NCBI GenBank assembly: GCA_963790205.1
Contig: CAWBNQ010000008.1
Location: 192,001 to 256,000, forward strand
Reading direction: 5' to 3'
Source of the DNA: Nitrospirota bacterium
Lineage (GTDB): Bacteria; Nitrospirota; UBA9217
DNA: 64,000 bases
Under the pieces are notes generated by a model, which was not told the origin of the DNA, ran no database searches, and saw nothing but the letters and a program-made list of their open reading frames with translations. This document shows positions 55,584 to 64,000 of the stretch, in pieces (the stretch's first letter is position 1; every line of letters starts with the position of its first letter). A program made the translations under genes and the position numbers.

Positions 55584-56699
55584 ATGCTTATGAGTAAGAA
55601 AGAAGAAGTGAGTAAGCAGTTTCTTGATGCATTGGAATTCCGTGGTGTCAAGCGAAGAGATTTTTTGAAGTTCTGCGGTGCAACAGCTGCCCTCCTCGGC
55701 CTCTCCGAATTATATGTCCCTCAAATCGCAGCAGCCTTAGAAAAAGCGTCCAAACGAACTCCGGTCATCTGGCTCAATTTCGCGTCCGATTCAGGCTGTA
55801 CCGAAGCATTTATCAAGGCAACCTATCCGAGCCCCGCTGAAGTCATTCTCGACATCCTGAGCGTCGACTACAACGAGACCATCATGGCCGCAGCCGGCAA
55901 ACAAGCAGAGGAAATACTTGCATCGTCAGCCAAGGTCGGCGGCTATATTCTGGTCGTAGAAGGCGGCGTCCCGACCAAGAAGGGGCACGGCATGATCGGG
56001 AACAAGGAGATGCTCGATGTCCTGAAAGAAATGGCAGCTCCGGCCGTTGCCGTGCTGGCCATCGGCAGCTGCGCTACTGACGGCGGCGTACCGGCGGCAA
56101 AGCCGAATCCCTCTCAGATCATCGGGACCGCCGAGGCGCTCAAAAGGGTCGGCATCGACAAGCCGCTCGTCAATCTTGACCTCTGCCCGGTGAACCCACA
56201 GTATCTCGTGGGCGTTGTTGTCAATTTCCTTCTTCTCGGAAAACTTCCTGATCTTGACAGCTTGGGGAGGCCCAAGATGTTCTATGGTCAGACCATCCAC
56301 GACAACTGTGAACGTCGGGCGCACTTCGACGCGGGCAGATTTGTCGAGAAGTTCGGTTCCCAGGAAGAGGCCATGGGATATTGCCTGTACAAGATGGGCT
56401 GCAAGGGGCCGATGACCTATTCTGCATGCCCGAAGATCCAGTACAACAATCGGACCAGCTGGTGCATCAAAGCCGGCGGTCCCTGCATCGGATGCGCCGA
56501 GCGCGGGTGGACGGACAAGTTTGCGGGGTTCTATGAGCCACTTCCTGGCGTTAAGATCCCCGGCCTGGGCGGCGTTGAAGCAGGCGCCGACAAACTCGGA
56601 GCTATTGCAGCTGCAGCCACGGCTGTCGGTATCGCGGTCCATGCGGCGGCGACGGGTGCTTCCGGCAGGACTAAAGAAGAAAAGGGAGGTAAAAAATAA
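55584..56699 (+). CDS. Group 1 [NiFe]-hydrogenase small subunit
   Basis: Tat motif RRDFLK; HDNC, CLYKMGCKGP, CIGC; C-terminal membrane anchor. Confidence 0.95.
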   Translation: MLMSKKEEVSKQFLDALEFRGVKRRDFLKFCGATAALLGLSELYVPQIAAALEKASKRTPVIWLNFASDSGCTEAFIKATYPSPAEVILDILSVDYNETIMAAAGKQAEEILASSAKVGGYILVVEGGVPTKKGHGMIGNKEMLDVLKEMAAPAVAVLAIGSCATDGGVPAAKPNPSQIIGTAEALKRVGIDKPLVNLDLCPVNPQYLVGVVVNFLLLGKLPDLDSLGRPKMFYGQTIHDNCERRAHFDAGRFVEKFGSQEEAMGYCLYKMGCKGPMTYSACPKIQYNNRTSWCIKAGGPCIGCAERGWTDKFAGFYEPLPGVKIPGLGGVEAGADKLGAIAAAATAVGIAVHAAATGASGRTKEEKGGKK

Positions 56700-58291
56700 T
56701 GGCCAGGATAACCATTGACCCGATGACAAGAATCGAAGGACATCTGAGGATCGACGTCGAGATCGAAGGTGGTATTGTCAAGGACGCATGGACAACGGGC
56801 ACACTCTTCAGGGGATTTGAGATCATCCTGCATGGCAGGGACCCGCGCGACGCCTGGCATATCACGCAGCGGATCTGCGGCGTTTGTCCCACCTCTCATG
56901 GCCATGCCTCCTCGATGAGCATGGATGACGCTTTCAAAGTGAAACCGCCGGACAACGGCCGCATCATTAGAAACATCATCGAAGGGGCCCAGTTCCTCCA
57001 CTCCCATATTCTCTGGTTCTATCACTTGAATGCCCTTGACTACGTTGATGTGGTTTCGGCGTTGAAAGCATCGCCCAAAGAGACGTCTTTAAAAAAAGTT
57101 CAAGCCAAATTGAAGTCCTTTGTTGATTCGGGCCAGCTCGGCCCCTTTGCGAATGCCTACTGGGGCCACCCTGCCTACAAGCTGCCTCCCGATGTGAACC
57201 TCCTGGCCGTGGCCCATTATCTCGAAGCTCTTGAGATGCAGGCAAAAGCGGCCCAAGTGAGCGCGCTCTTCGGCGGCAGGATGCCGATGACCATGACGAG
57301 CCCTCCCGGCGGCGTAACCCATGTGCCGACCGTAGACGATCTCAAGAACTACCTCTTTAGAGTAAAAGAGCTGCAGGCTTGGATCGACAGCGTGTTTATT
57401 GCCGACCTGTTGGCCATCGCTCCCTTCTACATCGGCGCGGCCGGCGTGGGCAAAGGGCCGGCGAATTTCCTCTCTTGGGGCGTTTTCGAGGATGCGTCTT
57501 TCGATCCCAAGAAACGGCTACTTCCGCGAGGGGCGATCTTTGCCGCGGACTTCCCCAAGGTGCATGATGCGAAGCCGGAGGATGTTACCGAGGACACCAC
57601 GCACGGCTGGTATAAGGACTCCAAGCCGCTCAACCCGGCTGTAGGCGTGACGGAACCGGAGTACACCGGCTACGACCCGAACAAAAAATATACCTGGGCC
57701 AAGGCCCCGCGGCTTCAGGGAAAGCCCATGGAGGTTGGTGCGCTGGCGCGGATGGTCGTTGCTTATGCAGCGGGCCAGCCTACAGCCAAGAAACTGATAG
57801 ACTATACTCTTGGACAGATAGGACATTCAGGACACCCGGAGGTGCTTTTCGGCATCATCGGCAGGATCGCTGCCCGAGCACTGGAATGCAAGATGGTCGC
57901 GGACTCAATGTATCAGTGGGGCCTGGATATCATCGAGAACATCAAAAAGGGCGATGCAGCGGTCTACACGGAATATAAGATTCCCGATAAGGCCCAGGGG
58001 ATCGGGCTCTGGGAAGCTCCGCGAGGCGCGCTGGGGCACTGGATAGACGTGAACGGGCAGAAGATCAAGAACTACCAGTGTGTCGTGCCCACGACCTGGA
58101 ACGTCTGCCCAAGGGACGACAAGGGTGTGCGCGGACCCATCGAACAAGCGCTTATCGGAACTCCGGTGCACGACGCCAACAAGCCGCTCGAGGTCTTGCG
58201 CGTGGTGCATTCCTTCGACCCATGCCTTGCCTGTACGGTGCATGTGATCCATCCCGAGTCGAACCGGATCATGGACTTCAAGGTCTCGTGA
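56699..58291 (+). CDS. Group 1 [NiFe]-hydrogenase large subunit
   Basis: TRIEGH, RICGVC (L1), DPCLACTVH (L2) followed by a cleavable tail. Confidence 0.96.
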   Translation: MARITIDPMTRIEGHLRIDVEIEGGIVKDAWTTGTLFRGFEIILHGRDPRDAWHITQRICGVCPTSHGHASSMSMDDAFKVKPPDNGRIIRNIIEGAQFLHSHILWFYHLNALDYVDVVSALKASPKETSLKKVQAKLKSFVDSGQLGPFANAYWGHPAYKLPPDVNLLAVAHYLEALEMQAKAAQVSALFGGRMPMTMTSPPGGVTHVPTVDDLKNYLFRVKELQAWIDSVFIADLLAIAPFYIGAAGVGKGPANFLSWGVFEDASFDPKKRLLPRGAIFAADFPKVHDAKPEDVTEDTTHGWYKDSKPLNPAVGVTEPEYTGYDPNKKYTWAKAPRLQGKPMEVGALARMVVAYAAGQPTAKKLIDYTLGQIGHSGHPEVLFGIIGRIAARALECKMVADSMYQWGLDIIENIKKGDAAVYTEYKIPDKAQGIGLWEAPRGALGHWIDVNGQKIKNYQCVVPTTWNVCPRDDKGVRGPIEQALIGTPVHDANKPLEVLRVVHSFDPCLACTVHVIHPESNRIMDFKVS

Positions 58292-58301
58292 GGAGGGCAC
58301 A

Positions 58302-58943
58302 ATGACAAACGGAATGACAAAGGAATGGAGCAAGGGATACATTTTGGACCATTGGATCAGGGTCATCGCCATTGTGACGCTCATCTTCACCGGCCTCTAT
58401 ATCCACACGCCGTTCATCAAAGGCGGGCCGGAAAGCTTCATCATGGCCTGGATGCGGTTTTTCCATTTCGTTGCGGCCTATGCGCTCGTCCTGGGGCTCG
58501 TGGTGAGGGTCTACATGGCCTTTAAATCCACCTTCGACAGCGACTGGAAGGATTTCTCGGTCACCGAGAATCTGAAAAATGTTCCGGATATCCTGGGCTA
58601 CTATCTCTTCATCAAGGGCTCGCACAAGGACTACCGTAAGTATAACCCGCTACAGGCGTTGTCCTATCTCTTTGTCGGGTTGGTGATCATTTTTACGGCT
58701 TTGACCGGGGGAGCCCTATATCACGGCAGGGTCTTCCTGATCCTGCCGGCGCCGGGCGCTTTCCGGTGGGTGAGCAGCCTCCTCGGCGGAGAATCCTACA
58801 CCAGGATATGGCATATTCTCGCCATGTGGTTCTTTATTATCTTCATGTTGATCCATGTTTACATGGCCTTTATGATAGGCTGGGTGAATAAGGATAAAAC
58901 GTTCACTTCGATGTTTACCGGGTATAAGCTCAAAAAGCATTAA
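58302..58943 (+). CDS. [NiFe]-hydrogenase b-type cytochrome subunit
   Basis: HW..TGLYI, RFFH, KYNPLQ, RIWH, IHVY. Confidence 0.92.
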   Translation: MTNGMTKEWSKGYILDHWIRVIAIVTLIFTGLYIHTPFIKGGPESFIMAWMRFFHFVAAYALVLGLVVRVYMAFKSTFDSDWKDFSVTENLKNVPDILGYYLFIKGSHKDYRKYNPLQALSYLFVGLVIIFTALTGGALYHGRVFLILPAPGAFRWVSSLLGGESYTRIWHILAMWFFIIFMLIHVYMAFMIGWVNKDKTFTSMFTGYKLKKH

Positions 58944-58944
58944 T

Positions 58945-59451
58945 ATGATGATAGACGAACAGCATCGGGGAGGCGTTTCGGCGCCTCCCCAACAAGTCCT
59001 CATACTCGGAGTCGGCAATCTGCTGCTCAAGGACGATGGTTTTGGCGTCCATCTCGTCAATTCCCTTAAAGACACCGTTTTCCCGGAAAACATCAAGGTG
59101 CTTGAAGCTGGAACGGTCAGCCATCAGCTGATCCCTCTGCTTCACGAGATTGATTTTCTCATCGTCGTCGACGTAGTAGAGGCAGGCGATACGCCCGGCT
59201 CCTTGTTCCGGTTCTCTCCGGGCGACATGAAATTTGCGTCGGAGCAGAAGGTATCTCTGCACCAGATAAGTCTTGTCGACGTTCTTCAAATGGCCGAGAT
59301 GACCGGGCGTAAACCGCAGACCGTGATCATCGGAGTACAGCCCAAGGACGTTTCCTCCTGGTCCCTGAAGCTGAGCGATGAGCTCAATGCGGTCATACCG
59401 AAGGTAAAGGAGTTGATATTCAAAGAACTAAAGAACATCAGTGCTCTTTGA
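58945..59451 (+). CDS. Hydrogenase maturation endopeptidase (HyaD/HybD family)
   Basis: LGVGNLLLKDDGFG, SLHQ, GVQP. Confidence 0.92.
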   Translation: MMIDEQHRGGVSAPPQQVLILGVGNLLLKDDGFGVHLVNSLKDTVFPENIKVLEAGTVSHQLIPLLHEIDFLIVVDVVEAGDTPGSLFRFSPGDMKFASEQKVSLHQISLVDVLQMAEMTGRKPQTVIIGVQPKDVSSWSLKLSDELNAVIPKVKELIFKELKNISAL

Positions 59452-59574
59452 ACATAAGACACCTCCCACGTCAAGAAATATTCGCGCAACCGGACTTGAC
59501 AGTGCCGTTCAGATGTGCGATAAATAGCTTTAGAAAATCCGTCATTAGTCCTCAGGATTTGATCGGAACGTTCA

Positions 59575-60114
59575 ATGTGTTTGGCAATACCCTCGAAAAT
59601 CATCAGCATAGACAACCTTTTTGCAACGATTGACGTGTTTGGGGCAAGAAAAGAAGTGAGCCTCATGCTCATGCCCGAAGAAACGCGGGTGGGGGACTAC
59701 GTCCTTGTCCATGCTGGTTTTGCAATCCAAAAAGTAGACAAAGAGATCGTCGAATCGGGGAAATCCATGCATGAAACCGCGCTTGCACTCAGTATCCTTG
59801 ATATTGTCGTTTCAAAATGCAGCGAGGCCGGCGGCCGCACGGTCGATTCGGTGCGGCTCCGCATCGGAAAGGCCGCTGGTGTCATGCCCGATGCCCTGGC
59901 GTTTGCCTTTGACGCGGCAAAAGCCACTACCGTTGCGGAACATGCCCACCTTGTTATAGAGCCCGTTCCCGTCGGCGGCGTCTGCAATGAATGCAAAAAA
60001 GAATTTTCCGTCGATGATGTCCAGTATGTGTTCGCCTGCCCGCTCTGCGGTGCCAGGTCCTTTGAAATAAAAAACGGCCGCGAGATGGAGATCGTGGATA
60101 TGGAGATAAACTGA
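59575..60114 (+). CDS. HypC-HypA fusion protein
   Basis: MCLAIP...GDYVLVHAGFAI runs in frame into MHETALA...CNEC...CPLC...GREM. Confidence 0.88.
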   Translation: MCLAIPSKIISIDNLFATIDVFGARKEVSLMLMPEETRVGDYVLVHAGFAIQKVDKEIVESGKSMHETALALSILDIVVSKCSEAGGRTVDSVRLRIGKAAGVMPDALAFAFDAAKATTVAEHAHLVIEPVPVGGVCNECKKEFSVDDVQYVFACPLCGARSFEIKNGREMEIVDMEIN

Positions 60115-60758
60115 TGAAGGTCAAGGTCGTCACCCGCATACTCGAAGCCAATGACCGCATCGCGGAAGAGAATCGGAAAACATTCAAAGACGCCGGTGTC
60201 TACGTCGTGAACCTCATGGGCGCGCCCGGAGCAGGCAAGACCACGCTGCTCGAACGGACGATCCGCGAGCTTAAGCCGCATCTGAAGATCGGCGTGATAG
60301 AAGGGGACATCGTCGGGAGCGACGATGCCGAGCGGATCGGCGCTCTTGATGTACCCGTCGTGCAGATCAATACCGGCGGGGCGTGCCACCTTGATGCGAA
60401 CATGATCAACGAAGTACTGACCGAGCTTCCACTCGACGAGCTCGACCTGCTTATCATCGAGAACGTGGGGAACCTCGTCTGCCCCGCCGAATTCAAGGTC
60501 GGCGAGGACATGAAGATGATGGTCCTCTCCATCGCCGAAGGGCATGATAAGCCGCTTAAATATCCGCTCATGTTCCGCGAGTCATCGGCCCTGGTCCTCA
60601 ATAAGATAGACCTTCTGCCTTACATGAACACGGACATGAACAAAGTGCGAAACGACTCTCTGGCGCTTAATCCCCAGCTGAAAATATTCGAAGTCTCGTG
60701 CGCCACCGGCGACGGGATCGACAAGTGGGCTCAATGGTTGAACGGGCTCAGATCATAG
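60114..60758 (+). CDS. hypB: Hydrogenase nickel incorporation GTPase HypB
   Basis: GAPGAGKT, TGGACHLDA, ENVGNLVCPA, KPLKYP, NKID. Confidence 0.95.
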   Translation: MKVKVVTRILEANDRIAEENRKTFKDAGVYVVNLMGAPGAGKTTLLERTIRELKPHLKIGVIEGDIVGSDDAERIGALDVPVVQINTGGACHLDANMINEVLTELPLDELDLLIIENVGNLVCPAEFKVGEDMKMMVLSIAEGHDKPLKYPLMFRESSALVLNKIDLLPYMNTDMNKVRNDSLALNPQLKIFEVSCATGDGIDKWAQWLNGLRS

Positions 60759-63115
60759 TCAAAGGCGTGGTGCAGGGTGTGGGCTTCCGGCCTTACGTCT
60801 TCAATCTCGCCGGGGCCCTCAACCTCAAGGGAGAGGTGACCAACACGAGCGAGGGGGTGTTCATTGACGTGGAGGGAACGAGCGTCTCTGAGTTCATCCG
60901 ACGTCTTGAGAGCGAAGCCCCGCCCCTCTCGCAGATTACCGATATCTCGGTGATCCCGCTTCCTGTCCACGGTTACCCCGATTTTTCCATCAAAAAAAGC
61001 ACGGATCGAGGGGGCAACCTGCCCTTTACCCTGATATCGCCCGATGTCTCGGTCTGCGATGACTGCCTGCGGGAACTGCTCGACCCCGCGAATCGGAGAT
61101 ACCTCTATCCCTTCATCAACTGCACGAACTGCGGTCCCCGCTACTCCATTACGAGATCTATTCCCTACGACCGGCCGAATACAACCATGGCCGGTTTTGC
61201 CCTCTGTGCCGACTGTCTCAAGGAATATAACGATCCCCGAGATCGGAGGTTTCATGCTCAGCCGAATGCGTGCCCTGTTTGCGGACCGGATGTCGAGTTT
61301 CGAATGCGGAATGCAGAATTCGGAATTCGGAATGGTGAAGCAATAACGGAAACTATTAAACTACTATCGAAGGGCGGCATTGTTGCGGTCAAGGGAATTG
61401 GAGGCTTTCATATAGCCTGTGACGCACTAAATGACGGCACTGTTAGATTATTGCGTCAGAAAAAGAGAAAGAGCAATAAACCTTTTGCGGTCATGGCCCC
61501 TTCAATCGACTCAGCACGGCAGTTCTGCTTGATTTCAGAGGAAGAAAAGAAGCTCCTTCTGTCAAGCAGGCGTCCTGTTGTGCTTTTGAGGAAAAGACCG
61601 GGTTGTTCTCTTTCCGACTTTGTTTCGCCGAATAACCAGTTTGTAGGCGTCATGCTTCCTTACACGCCGCTGCACTATTTGTTGTTCAATAATCCGTTCT
61701 ACGCAGAAATCATGAGAGCGCCGTGCTTCAATGCGCTTGTTATGACGAGTGGGAACCTGTCCGAGGAGCCCATCGTACACGTCAATGATGACGCTTTGAA
61801 GAAACTGTCCCGTATCGTTGATGGGTATTTGCTTCATAATCGGGACATCTTCATGCGAGTCGATGATTCGGTTGTCAGAATAGGGAATGACAACTCCGAA
61901 CTTCGAACTCCGAACTCAGCACTGAGTTTTATCCGCCGTTCCCGGGGTTACGCGCCTGAGGCCATAATGCTTGCCGAAGAGGGGCCGGAGGTCCTGGGAT
62001 GCGGCGCCGATCTCAAGAACACGTTTACACTGACCAAGGGAAGATTCGCCATCGTAAGCCAGCATGTCGGCGATATGGAGAATTATGAAACTATTAAATT
62101 CTACGAAGAGTGTCTTCAAAATCTCAAGTCTGTTTACCGGGCCGACCCTCAAGCAATAGTTCACGATTTGCACCCCGGATATTTGTCGACCCAATGGGCC
62201 ATTAATCACTCTGAACTCCGAACTCCGAACTCCGAACTCAAACACTTCGGTATTCAGCACCACTATGCTCACATAGGCTCTGTAATGGCGGAGCACGGCA
62301 TTACTGATAAAGTCATTGGGGTGGCGTTCGACGGCACGGGATACGGCATTGACGGAAATCTCTGGGGCGGCGAATTCCTTATTGCAGATATCGATGATTT
62401 TGAAAGAGTAGGACAATTTAAATACATTGCTCTCCCCGGCGGTGAATCGGCGATCAGGGAGCCCTGGAAGACCGCAGTGAGCTGTATATTGGATGCAACG
62501 GGAGACCGGGCAGGGGATTATTTAACCAAGACAGGTTTCTTGAAAAAATATGGCAGCGAAACCCTTGAACAAGTAATGATGGTCGCGCGTTCGCGGGAAC
62601 TGTCGCCTCTTGCTTCAGGGGCAGGCAGGCTCTTTGATGCGATCTCAGCATTACTCGGCCTGTGCGACAGGAATACCTTCGAGGGCGAGGCAGCCATGAC
62701 CTTGGAAACCTTTACCCGTGAGGGGATTGAAGAAGAGTATCCCATTGAGTTCATGCGGGAAAAAGGGTATACTGTTGTGAATTTCAACCCAGCGATCATC
62801 GCCATGATTGACGATATTTCTCAAGCTGCGGGCAACAATGTCATCGCGACGAAGTTTCATAATACTGTCTGCTCGGCCATCCGGTCCATGGTCCGTTATT
62901 TAAGCAACCATTATAAGATGACAAAAGTAGCTTTGAGCGGCGGTACGTTCCAGAACCTTTACCTCCTGAACAGGACCGTTCGCTTGCTCTCGTCCGACGG
63001 CATGCAGGTATTTATAAATCAGAAAGTGCCGTGCAACGACGGGGGCATTTCTTTGGGCCAGGCTTACCTGGTAAGACAAAGACTTAAGAAATGCGGAATG
63101 CGAAATATGATATGA
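60734..63115 (+). CDS. hypF: Carbamoyltransferase HypF
   Basis: GVVQGVGFRP, zinc fingers, KGIGGFH, QHHYAH, DGTGYG, NDGGISLGQ. Confidence 0.95.
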   Translation: MVERAQIIVKGVVQGVGFRPYVFNLAGALNLKGEVTNTSEGVFIDVEGTSVSEFIRRLESEAPPLSQITDISVIPLPVHGYPDFSIKKSTDRGGNLPFTLISPDVSVCDDCLRELLDPANRRYLYPFINCTNCGPRYSITRSIPYDRPNTTMAGFALCADCLKEYNDPRDRRFHAQPNACPVCGPDVEFRMRNAEFGIRNGEAITETIKLLSKGGIVAVKGIGGFHIACDALNDGTVRLLRQKKRKSNKPFAVMAPSIDSARQFCLISEEEKKLLLSSRRPVVLLRKRPGCSLSDFVSPNNQFVGVMLPYTPLHYLLFNNPFYAEIMRAPCFNALVMTSGNLSEEPIVHVNDDALKKLSRIVDGYLLHNRDIFMRVDDSVVRIGNDNSELRTPNSALSFIRRSRGYAPEAIMLAEEGPEVLGCGADLKNTFTLTKGRFAIVSQHVGDMENYETIKFYEECLQNLKSVYRADPQAIVHDLHPGYLSTQWAINHSELRTPNSELKHFGIQHHYAHIGSVMAEHGITDKVIGVAFDGTGYGIDGNLWGGEFLIADIDDFERVGQFKYIALPGGESAIREPWKTAVSCILDATGDRAGDYLTKTGFLKKYGSETLEQVMMVARSRELSPLASGAGRLFDAISALLGLCDRNTFEGEAAMTLETFTREGIEEEYPIEFMREKGYTVVNFNPAIIAMIDDISQAAGNNVIATKFHNTVCSAIRSMVRYLSNHYKMTKVALSGGTFQNLYLLNRTVRLLSSDGMQVFINQKVPCNDGGISLGQAYLVRQRLKKCGMRNMI

Positions 63116-64000
63116 AGCAAATGCTGGAAGAATTGCATAGCTTAATGAAGGGGATCAACAGGCCGCTGAAACTCATGGAGGTCTGCGGAACGCATACCGT
63201 CGAGATCTTCAGGCATGGTATCCGCGATGTCATCCCTAAAAGCATCACACTCCTGAGCGGCCCCGGTTGTCCCGTCTGCGTGACCTCGGTACGCGACGTG
63301 GATGCGGCGATCGCCATCGCTAAAGTACCAGGAGTAATCCTCGCCACGTTTGGCGATATGATGCGCGTGCCCGGTGGAAAACAATCGATGCTTGAAGCCC
63401 GCTCTGAAGGCGCGGACATACGGGTACTCTATTCTCCGATAGACGCGTTGGCACTCGCACAGAAGGAAAAGGAACGGGAAGTCGTCTTCTTCGCGACCGG
63501 TTTTGAAACCACGTCACCGCTTATTGCCGGGACCATAGCGCATGCTGAGCAAACCAGTGTCAAGAATTTTACGGTCTATACAGCGCACAAGCTTGTCCCC
63601 CCGGCACTCAAAGCGCTGCTCGATTCGTCCGATGTACAAGTCGATGGGTTCATCCTCCCCGGGCATGTCAGCACCATTATCGGCAAAAAACCCTACGAAT
63701 TCGTAGCAGGGCGGTATAAAAAACCGTCGGTGATCACCGGTTTCGAAGCAAAGGAGATCATCGAGGGCATTCTCATGATTGTAAGGCAGATCGCCCAGCA
63801 AAGGACCAGCGTTGAGATCCAGTATACCAGCGTCGTGAAGGAAGAGGGCAACCCCCGGGCCGTTGCGCTGCTCGATAACTACTTCCTGCCTGATGATGCC
63901 TACTGGCGGGGGATCGGCGTTATTCCGCAGAGCGGATTACGCCTCAGGGATGGCTATGCGGCGTTTGATGCGAACATAAAGTTCAAACCACCTCTTTCAG
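63112..64000 (+). CDS. hypD: Hydrogenase maturation protein HypD, truncated by the window edge
   Basis: MEVCGTHT, GPGCPVC, TFGDM, GFETT, PGHVS, WRGIG. Confidence 0.95.
   Translation, partial: MKQMLEELHSLMKGINRPLKLMEVCGTHTVEIFRHGIRDVIPKSITLLSGPGCPVCVTSVRDVDAAIAIAKVPGVILATFGDMMRVPGGKQSMLEARSEGADIRVLYSPIDALALAQKEKEREVVFFATGFETTSPLIAGTIAHAEQTSVKNFTVYTAHKLVPPALKALLDSSDVQVDGFILPGHVSTIIGKKPYEFVAGRYKKPSVITGFEAKEIIEGILMIVRQIAQQRTSVEIQYTSVVKEEGNPRAVALLDNYFLPDDAYWRGIGVIPQSGLRLRDGYAAFDANIKFKPPLS

Noticed and set aside
58215..58245. Selenocysteine ([NiFeSe]) hydrogenase suggested by the medial Cys
   Set aside because: The L2 motif is encoded with TGC and TGT Cys codons, with no in-frame TGA.

Overview
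A 64-kb, roughly 55-60% GC chromosomal segment of an anaerobic or microaerophilic bacterium. Gene content suggests Nitrospirota or a deltaproteobacterium-like lineage; this is inference only. In order, the window holds: (1) an Ehr-type (hydrogenase-4-like, Ni-less) membrane complex with two L/S subunit pairs, several genes carrying single-base frameshifts; (2) housekeeping and hypothetical genes including tex; (3) a divergent regulatory module in which a Lon protease with an inserted receiver domain, a sensor kinase and a sigma54 activator face a sigma54-driven operon for small proteins, a TauE/SafE exporter and a USP, all bracketed by two tatA genes; (4) kup, a YccA-family gene, an OmcE-like tetraheme cytochrome, rmuC, nadA, era, dedA, a Cys-rich HigBA-like pair, class I aldolase and recO; (5) two cobalamin riboswitches with btuFCD, a collapsed thiC-like/cbiB/cobD scar, cobQ, btuB and tonB; (6) yacG, metK, a second tetraheme cytochrome, a duplicated metK 3' end, and an apparently foreign SAH riboswitch plus ahcY sitting on the remains of a different ahcY; (7) cytochrome c peroxidase, a c6-like cytochrome, and a group 1 [NiFe]-hydrogenase operon with a HypC-HypA fusion, hypB, hypF and partial hypD. 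Several short repeat families fill the intergenic gaps and also occur in frame inside btuF, cobQ and hypF. No rRNA, tRNA, CRISPR array or transposase was recognised. All family assignments come from motif recognition, not database searches.
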